The position numbers were made by a program, and so were the translations under genes. The notes under the pieces are model-generated. The model saw only the letters and a program-made list of their open reading frames with translations. It searched no databases and was not told where the DNA came from. A stretch of 64,000 bases of DNA from Bacteroidota bacterium (lineage in GTDB: Bacteria; Bacteroidota; Ignavibacteria; Kapaibacteriales; UBA2268): NCBI GenBank assembly GCA_029974985.1, contig JARKQC010000203.1, positions 458-64,457 of the forward strand, read 5' to 3'. Numbering within the stretch: the first letter of the stretch is position 1; every line of letters starts with the position of its first letter. Shown in pieces: positions 58,901 to 64,000 of this stretch.

Positions 58901-60922
58901 GCGCAATATTTCAGATTTAGAATTAAAGTTTATGCTACAAATAATAAAAATGCTAAAAATTGTGTTAATTGTGTAGCAGATGACTTTGATGATTTCTTCG
59001 TTGATAATGTGCGTTTGTTATATCGTTCAGAAACTACTGATTTGGAAATTTCTTCTGTAAAAGTTAATTGGCCCTATACGATAGCGCCTGCTTCACAAAC
59101 AACAAATATTCCACTTTCTGTTGTTATATCTAATAACACTACTTTGAATGCGGCAAATTTTGCAGTTAAATTAAAGATATTCAGAACTGATAGTAAAGGT
59201 AATTTGATTAATAATGATCCAATTTATTGTCGTACTCAAACTATTTCAAATTTAACACCAAGTGGTACTATTAATATTTCAATGCCTTCTTGGAATGCTC
59301 GTAAAAGCCAAATTGATACCATATCCTATTATAGATTATATGCTAATTTAATAATGGGTGAAAAGGATTTAATTCCAAGCAATGATACTACTTTTTCAGA
59401 TTTTGTCCTAAGAGTAGGAAATGTTTTTGCTTATGATCCAGCTGTTGAAAAGAGTTATAATTCAATAAATGACTTTATTACTCCAAAAGGAAAAGGTTTA
59501 AACTTTACATTACCATTAATTACTAAACCAAATCCACTACCTGGATTACCACCTATACAAGTTAATTCACCACGTGCTGGTCAAGGCAGTTTAGACGGGC
59601 TTAACATTGCTAATTTCAGTTTTGTTACTGATGCTACGGGTGCAGTTGGTGGCGACGGATCTGGCTCTATTGCCGCTAAATTTACTTTATTAAATTCTGA
59701 TACTTTACGCGGTTTTTCAATATTCTGGGCTGGTATCAATAAAGCGGCTGACTATGTAACTATTAGACTTTATGAAGGTGGAGATAAATTACCTAATGAA
59801 TCAAAGATTATTAAAGTATTCCATACAAGACGTGGTGGACCAAACTTTGCTAATATTTATGACCAATATGTAAATTATCAATTTGATGAGCCTATCATAT
59901 TAACTAATGGTGTTTATTGGTTAGGTGTTTCACAAGATGGTGAAACTGGCTTTGAACTTGCCGCTTCAAGTTCGAGATCAGGTATGAGAACTACTAACTT
60001 ATGGGAAGACCAAAGTACGGGTTGGCTTGGCGAACAAGGTATTTCACTTAACTTAGATAAAGGTTTCCGTAAGATTGTTGATGGTAAATTAGTAAATGAT
60101 AACCTTTTTGCTTTCCAAAATGTTACTACTATTGGTAAATGGATGGAATTTACACCAGCAAAAGGTAACCCTGCATTCGGACACTTAGACCATCGTGGAA
60201 TTTGCATCAATGATATGAGTACATTTACTATGACACGTGGTACTTGGATACCAATGATTAGAGCATTATTCGGATTTAAACCATTCGGTGAAGCCGTTAA
60301 TGATTATGAGTGGTGCCCAGATGAAAATGTAGTTCCAGTTGAATTATATACATTTACTGGTAATGTTCGTAATTCAGGTATTGATTTATATTGGGAAACT
60401 GCTTCTGAAATTAATAATTTTGGATTTTATGTTGAAAAACGTATTGCTAATTCAAAAGATGATTTTAAACAAATTGGATTTGTGCAAGGTGTTGGCAATT
60501 CATCATCAATTAGCCGTTATAATTTCTTAGATAAAGATGTTAAAGTAAAAACTACTTATGAATATCGTCTTCGTCAAGTAGATAAAGATGGTTCACAAGA
60601 TTGCTTTACTTCTAATATCGTTACATTGACTTATGATAGAATTGGTGAATTGGTATTAGAGCCAAATATGCCAAATCCGTTTGTAAATCAAACAGTTATT
60701 AGCTTTAATTTACCTCAATCACAAGAAGTTAGACTCGAAGTTATAGATATGCTTGGAAATACTGTAAAAGTACTCGAAAATGGATATCTACAAGCAAATC
60801 GTCATTCTTATATATTTGATGGTAATGATGCTAATGGAAATGCTTTACCAACTGGTATTTATATTTATAAACTATCAGCTGGAAACAATATTCAATCTCT
60901 TAAAATGAATATTGTACGTTAA
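55913..60922 (+). CDS. Giant secreted T9SS cargo protein, paralog 2 (1669 aa), unknown function
   Basis: Collinear with 48976-53835 from the signal peptide to the CTD. Examples: KDKETNEEELLRKS, NAAISTGYYWVDDRE, GPIPLGMNGGFYFNGIRYDSFYVSTNGLIAL, and LEPNMPNPFVNQTVISFNL...LPTGIYIYKLS. Confidence 0.88.
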   Translation: MKNLLLLIAISFGMIVGISYAKDKETNEEELLRKSQLTEGAYFQSGLTSFPRNFAPTSAWSTPTNAAISTGYYWVDDREMLDDMLFPNMRPSPSKIDTGYQPELWRKILAGPRMKPATYWQTNKSEGLPFFRQPADGDKDGDFFLQPTDSVDEAIAGPIPLGMNGGFYFNGIRYDSFYVSTNGLIALTNRRYFYDENGNRTIPNGSTSAYDPMSMDWFAGGFRGHDTLWVRKWDNSADSVDRDLKKIPVKDENGVILFKNGLNDPAVDNFGYQFSVLGANPVTTGWDRKVTTNGIRTRGGDLLSGIDPNSRTAMIAVFWGDLVLSQYNPTTKNNEEHGKVMYKRSSNKDSLIIAIYNAQPKGRLIAALNLAAGQGYTTEIPANTRPGDESYATADAHVVLSNVDSSITIHYTRISDSVTYLDPNTGIYMKAHAREIFRYNTTAGVRGFARHVGFGKGGLPPYQPWAGEYIQATTYWDRYYSDTLNPEVMYPNSMSAVKFKQWKNTLRVQSLNYRIRNQAVGAGDTTSFVITVPDANADDYELLAGHSRLGQIQPFAIVQNLTNEIQGPSGINFVKQDHTFRVRFLIRNSVTGRSIYNRVVPVNAKCLSLADNRAVECNGDPNIRVRLVRGTTVLTNNDFINLGFTGIPAYYGVQVQFPPFEPNQFIDEHIGKMKAIAVAEPINPATNTAYEDNWPFDDTLKTTMHVMRRYYDKHPDPRFRVFDDDVSEFFYDLENGDYIPSVWKWVNINANVVSGNDVSKYPLPPRRYDTAANYFLEVPNALKVLHSPTIRMNRVQRANGAEPLARFGDNRSPQRNGDEIRSFPIDLRGKKGTVLTLSVQRTAYNPDIKRGFADKLLVGPEPRVVRQGNVLNPYLLGNSVSSLPDELVVEFAKPSDDGINGITNIPLTNWRHHPYRRGTALYARTDMAALTLYGAGGYLIGFLEKDKDSVLAPPGAAASGLINSLRADLYDDGFDLEYKKFAIPIPDTFINWRNNGAQYFRFRIKVYATNNKNAKNCVNCVADDFDDFFVDNVRLLYRSETTDLEISSVKVNWPYTIAPASQTTNIPLSVVISNNTTLNAANFAVKLKIFRTDSKGNLINNDPIYCRTQTISNLTPSGTINISMPSWNARKSQIDTISYYRLYANLIMGEKDLIPSNDTTFSDFVLRVGNVFAYDPAVEKSYNSINDFITPKGKGLNFTLPLITKPNPLPGLPPIQVNSPRAGQGSLDGLNIANFSFVTDATGAVGGDGSGSIAAKFTLLNSDTLRGFSIFWAGINKAADYVTIRLYEGGDKLPNESKIIKVFHTRRGGPNFANIYDQYVNYQFDEPIILTNGVYWLGVSQDGETGFELAASSSRSGMRTTNLWEDQSTGWLGEQGISLNLDKGFRKIVDGKLVNDNLFAFQNVTTIGKWMEFTPAKGNPAFGHLDHRGICINDMSTFTMTRGTWIPMIRALFGFKPFGEAVNDYEWCPDENVVPVELYTFTGNVRNSGIDLYWETASEINNFGFYVEKRIANSKDDFKQIGFVQGVGNSSSISRYNFLDKDVKVKTTYEYRLRQVDKDGSQDCFTSNIVTLTYDRIGELVLEPNMPNPFVNQTVISFNLPQSQEVRLEVIDMLGNTVKVLENGYLQANRHSYIFDGNDANGNALPTGIYIYKLSAGNNIQSLKMNIVR

Positions 60923-60947
60923 AAAAAACTTTTTAAAAGTGAAAATT

Positions 60948-60982
60948 AACCCTTTACCGTCTTGGTAAAGGGTTTTTTATTT
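60948..60982 (+). terminator. Rho-independent terminator after giant paralog 2
   Basis: aaccctttacc-gtctt-ggtaaagggtt followed by ttttatttt. Confidence 0.75.
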
Positions 60983-60999
60983 TATTTAAAGGGAAAAAT

Positions 61000-61344
61000 A
61001 TGTCTGATTCAATTTTTACTAAAATTATAAAAAGAGAAATTCCATCTGAAATAGTTTTTGAAGATGATGAAATTATTGCGTTTAATGATATTGCGCCCAA
61101 AGCACCAATTCATATTTTAATAGTACCTAAAAAACAAATACCAACGTTAAACAATGCAACTGAAAACGATGCAGAACTACTTGGAAAATTATTACTTACT
61201 TGCTCGAAAATCGCTAAGATGAAAGGAATTGATGAGCGTGGCTATAGAGTTGTAATTAATTGCAATGAAGAAGCTTGCCAAACCGTATTTCATATACATT
61301 TTCATTTAATTGGCGGTAAACAATTAGGTTGGTCGCCAGATTGA
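61000..61344 (+). CDS. HIT-family (histidine triad) nucleotide hydrolase
   Basis: IFTKIIKREIPSEIVFEDDEIIAFNDIAPKAPIHILIVPK and the triad HIHFHLIGG. Confidence 0.88.
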   Translation: MSDSIFTKIIKREIPSEIVFEDDEIIAFNDIAPKAPIHILIVPKKQIPTLNNATENDAELLGKLLLTCSKIAKMKGIDERGYRVVINCNEEACQTVFHIHFHLIGGKQLGWSPD

Positions 61345-61360
61345 TAATTAGTAAATTATT

Positions 61361-62647
61361 ATGAAAAAAAATGTACCTATTGCTATTGTTGATTGTAACA
61401 ATTTTTATGCCTCTTGTGAAAGGATTTTTAATCCTAAATTAATTGGCAAACCAATAGTTGTTTTATCTAATAATGATGGAATTATTGTTGCCCTATCAAA
61501 TGAGGCTAAACAATTAGGTATTAAAAATTTTTCTCCGCTTTTTAAAGTAAATGATATATTAAAAAAATATGATGTAGCTGTATTTTCCTCTAATTATACA
61601 CTTTATGGTGATATTTCTCATCGTATAATGATTTCACTTGAGCAGTTTTCACCAGAAATTGAGGTTTATTCAATTGATGAAGCATTTGTGTATTTAGATG
61701 GAATTCATAATAAAGATTTATTCTCTTATGCACAAGAAATGCAGAAAACTATTAAAAAATGGATTGGAATTCCCGTTTCTATTGGTATTGCCGAAACAAA
61801 AACATTAGCTAAATTAGCTAATCGAAGAGCAAAAAAAAATCAAGAATATAAAGGAATACTAAATTTAATTAATAATGTGGAAATAGAAAGTCATCTAAAA
61901 TTGACTAATGTTACAGATGTTTGGGGAGTAGGGAGGCAATATACAAAACTATTAAACTGCCATAATATATATAATGCTTACGATTTATCGAAAGTAAATC
62001 ATAATTGGATTAAAAAAAAAATGACAGTACAAGGCTTGCGTACAGTTATGGAATTAAATGGATTCCCCTGTATCGAAGGGGAATTTATACCACCAGATAA
62101 AAAAGGAATAATCTCATCTCGTTCATTTAGTAATTATGTAAGTGAAAAAAATGAGCTTTCTGAAGCTATTGCAACATATACCTCAAGAGCCGCAGAAAAA
62201 TTACGTATGCAAAAGTCTGTTGCAAATATGATAAGCGTATTTTTAAGAACTAATCCATATAAAAATACTCCTCAATATCATAATGGGTGCCAGGTAATGT
62301 TGCCCGTTGCAACAGATTTTACAAATGAATTAATTGATTACGCATTAAAAGGACTTGAGCAAATTTATAAACCTAATTATCTTTATCAAAAAGTAGGTGT
62401 AATGATAACTGGAATTTTACCGAAGAATATTTTACAAAATTCCTTATTTGATAATATTGATAGAGAAAAAAATCAAAAATTAGTTGATGCTATTGATAAG
62501 ATTAATCTTGAATATGGCTCGGATACAATATATTTTGCCTCGTCGGGAGTTCAAAAAAAATGGCAAATGAAAAGAGATTTTAAATCACCACAATATACTA
62601 CACGCTGGGAGGATATCCCTTATGTTATATCTAATTTAGTAGATTAA
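61361..62647 (+). CDS. umuC: Y-family DNA polymerase, UmuC-like
   Basis: N-terminus IAIVDCNNFYASCERIFNPKLIGKPIVVLSNNDGIIVA (UmuC-type SNNDG motif), YSIDEAF, and a C-terminus ...RWEDIP. No umuD-like gene is adjacent. Confidence 0.7.
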   Translation: MKKNVPIAIVDCNNFYASCERIFNPKLIGKPIVVLSNNDGIIVALSNEAKQLGIKNFSPLFKVNDILKKYDVAVFSSNYTLYGDISHRIMISLEQFSPEIEVYSIDEAFVYLDGIHNKDLFSYAQEMQKTIKKWIGIPVSIGIAETKTLAKLANRRAKKNQEYKGILNLINNVEIESHLKLTNVTDVWGVGRQYTKLLNCHNIYNAYDLSKVNHNWIKKKMTVQGLRTVMELNGFPCIEGEFIPPDKKGIISSRSFSNYVSEKNELSEAIATYTSRAAEKLRMQKSVANMISVFLRTNPYKNTPQYHNGCQVMLPVATDFTNELIDYALKGLEQIYKPNYLYQKVGVMITGILPKNILQNSLFDNIDREKNQKLVDAIDKINLEYGSDTIYFASSGVQKKWQMKRDFKSPQYTTRWEDIPYVISNLVD

Positions 62648-62650
62648 ATT

Positions 62651-64000
62651 ATGAATTTTTTAAATAATATAAATTATAAAATTAAATTTTTATTCATTGC
62701 CGCTATAATGTTTGTATTATTCCTTGGCAATGTACATTTATTCGATTGGGACGAGATAAATTTTGCCGAAGCGGCACGCGAAATGATTGAAACGGGCGAT
62801 TATCTTAATGTTAGAATTGATTATGAACCTTTTCACGAAAAGCCACCATTATTTATTTGGTTCCAAGTAATTTCGATGAAAATATTTGGAGTATCAGAAT
62901 TTGGTGCAAGATTTCCAAATCTAATAATTGGTATTATTACATTAGCTTTTTTACTTCATATTGGTGAGAAAATATATGATAAAGATTTTGGAAAAATATG
63001 GGCATTGGCTTATTTAGGCTCCTTTTTGCCATTTTTTTATTTTAAAACAAGTATAATTGACCCAACTTTTAATTTATTTATGTATTTAGCAATATATTAT
63101 TTATATTTATTTAGTTCAAATAGTATGAATAATATTAAAAATAATAAGTATATTTATTATGCGGCATTTAATACGGCTTTAGCCTTTTTAACTAAGGGGC
63201 CCGTTGGTTTTCTTCTTGTGTCTTTATCGTGGGCTATATTTTGGTTAATAAATCATAAATCATTTGAATTGCCGAAAAAACAAATAATTATATTTACTTT
63301 TTTATCATTTTTGCCAGCGACACTATGGTATTCTGCTATATTTTATCAGCAAGGTGGTGGATTAATTAGCGATTTTATAAGTTATCAAATTAGATTATTA
63401 ACTACAGGTGATGCAGGGCATAGCGGACCTTTTTATTATCATTTTATTGTTGTATTTCTGGGCTGTTTTCCAGCTTCTATATTTATTTTTAGAGCATTTA
63501 AAAAGAATGTTAATGATTTAAAAGAGCAAGAAATATTTAAGCAGTTTAATTTAATTTTATTAGCTATTGTATTAATAATATTTTCAATAGTGAAAACAAA
63601 GATTATTCATTATTCATCATTATCATATTTTCCTGTAACATTTTTTGCCGCTTATACTATGTATAAAATTATAAAAGGAGAATTTGAAATTAAAAAAAGT
63701 ACACAATTTTCTATTGCAATACTTGGTGTAATTTTTTCTATTTTATTTATTGCATTTCCACTTGTATTGATGAATATAAATATATTTTTGCCAAAAATTA
63801 CTGATGAATTTACAAGAGAAATTTTAAAAGCTGATGTAAAATGGTATGGATATGAAGTGATTGTAGGATTATTTATACTATTGAGTGTTATTTTATATTT
63901 AATATTTTCTAAACAAAAGAAAATATTAATGTCATATTATACATTATTTTTTGGATTTGCAATTTCTTTATTGATTTTTCTTAGAATTATGGCGCCAAAA
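62651..64000 (+). CDS. ArnT/PMT-like (GT39/GT83-type) polytopic glycosyltransferase, 5' partial (runs off the window)
   Basis: This ORF is not in the supplied track. The ATG at 62651 opens a frame that stays open to 64000. FDWDEINFAEAAREMIETGDYLNVRIDYEPFHEKPPLFIW is the characteristic first-loop motif, and many TM helices follow. Confidence 0.75.
   Translation, partial: MNFLNNINYKIKFLFIAAIMFVLFLGNVHLFDWDEINFAEAAREMIETGDYLNVRIDYEPFHEKPPLFIWFQVISMKIFGVSEFGARFPNLIIGIITLAFLLHIGEKIYDKDFGKIWALAYLGSFLPFFYFKTSIIDPTFNLFMYLAIYYLYLFSSNSMNNIKNNKYIYYAAFNTALAFLTKGPVGFLLVSLSWAIFWLINHKSFELPKKQIIIFTFLSFLPATLWYSAIFYQQGGGLISDFISYQIRLLTTGDAGHSGPFYYHFIVVFLGCFPASIFIFRAFKKNVNDLKEQEIFKQFNLILLAIVLIIFSIVKTKIIHYSSLSYFPVTFFAAYTMYKIIKGEFEIKKSTQFSIAILGVIFSILFIAFPLVLMNINIFLPKITDEFTREILKADVKWYGYEVIVGLFILLSVILYLIFSKQKKILMSYYTLFFGFAISLLIFLRIMAPK

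Noticed and set aside
30448-60922. Internal or antisense ORFs inside the large cargo genes and neighbours: 31136-31351, 32136-32354, 33136-33363, 36761-36949, 37730-37912, 38314-38514, 39153-39356, 41246-41443, 41981-42340, 42441-42683, 42869-43069, 43333-43557, 44914-45099, 48972-49166, 49298-49567, 57812-58054, 58227-58421, 59914-60210 and 60339-60530.
   Set aside because: They are embedded in much longer ORFs that have paralog or motif support. They are short, show AT-driven low complexity and are not conserved between the paralogous loci.
1-64000. A search for tRNA, rRNA, tmRNA, CRISPR arrays, transposases, integrases and phage genes.
   Set aside because: I found no cloverleaf-like GTTCGAATC/T-loop contexts outside coding sequence, no regular repeat-spacer arrays and no DDE, tyrosine or serine recombinase motifs in any ORF. 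A scan by eye cannot exclude small ncRNAs.

Overview
This is a strongly AT-rich bacterial chromosomal window. I saw no rRNA, tRNA, CRISPR array, transposase, integrase or phage gene. It most resembles an FCB-superphylum genome (Ignavibacteriota/Chlorobiota/Bacteroidota-like), for three reasons:
- At least six proteins end in T9SS type-A C-terminal sorting domains.
- L36 is the Cys-less FCB-type form.
- Bacteroidetes-style TTTG/TAnnTTTG promoter boxes precede rpsL and rpsF.

Layout:
- **1-6400, accessory patch.** It holds a frameshifted HicA-like gene and a small membrane protein. A minus-strand block encodes an ECF-type sigma factor plus an operon of two paralogous Cys-rich secreted proteins flanking a beta-propeller T9SS cargo. 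An intact HicB-HicA pair and several REP-like structured intergenic repeats follow.
- **6578-24607, translation core.** This is a complete str/S10/spc/alpha cluster (rpsL-rpsG-fusA-tuf-rpsJ...rplO-secY-infA-rpmJ-rpsM-rpsK-rpoA-rplQ). It has no rpsD, adk or map. Its EF-G has non-canonical domain IV loops.
- **24698-29985.** A LolD-like ATPase, rpsF-rplI (no rpsR between them), an M50B-like membrane peptidase, an outer-membrane beta-barrel and an orphan solute-binding lipoprotein.
- **30448-40972.** Three tightly packed paralogous T9SS cargo genes. Each has a shared N-terminal domain, then 10, 6 or 2 copies of a Cys-bracketed module of about 75 aa, then a shared C-terminal module and a CTD.
- **41041-48538.** Envelope and metabolic genes: GT2, acyl-CoA carboxyltransferase, a polytopic membrane protein, a SAM methyltransferase, purK and a processive membrane GT2.
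- **48976-60922.** Two giant paralogous T9SS cargo proteins (1619 and 1669 aa) bracket a 563-aa Rossmann-fold protein of unknown function.
- **61000-64000.** A HIT protein, a UmuC-like polymerase and a partial ArnT-like glycosyltransferase.

The best candidates for undescribed biology are the giant-paralog/Rossmann block, the 10/6/2 repeat trio and the Cys-rich pair/propeller/ECF-sigma block. All family assignments come from motif recognition by eye. No database search was possible.
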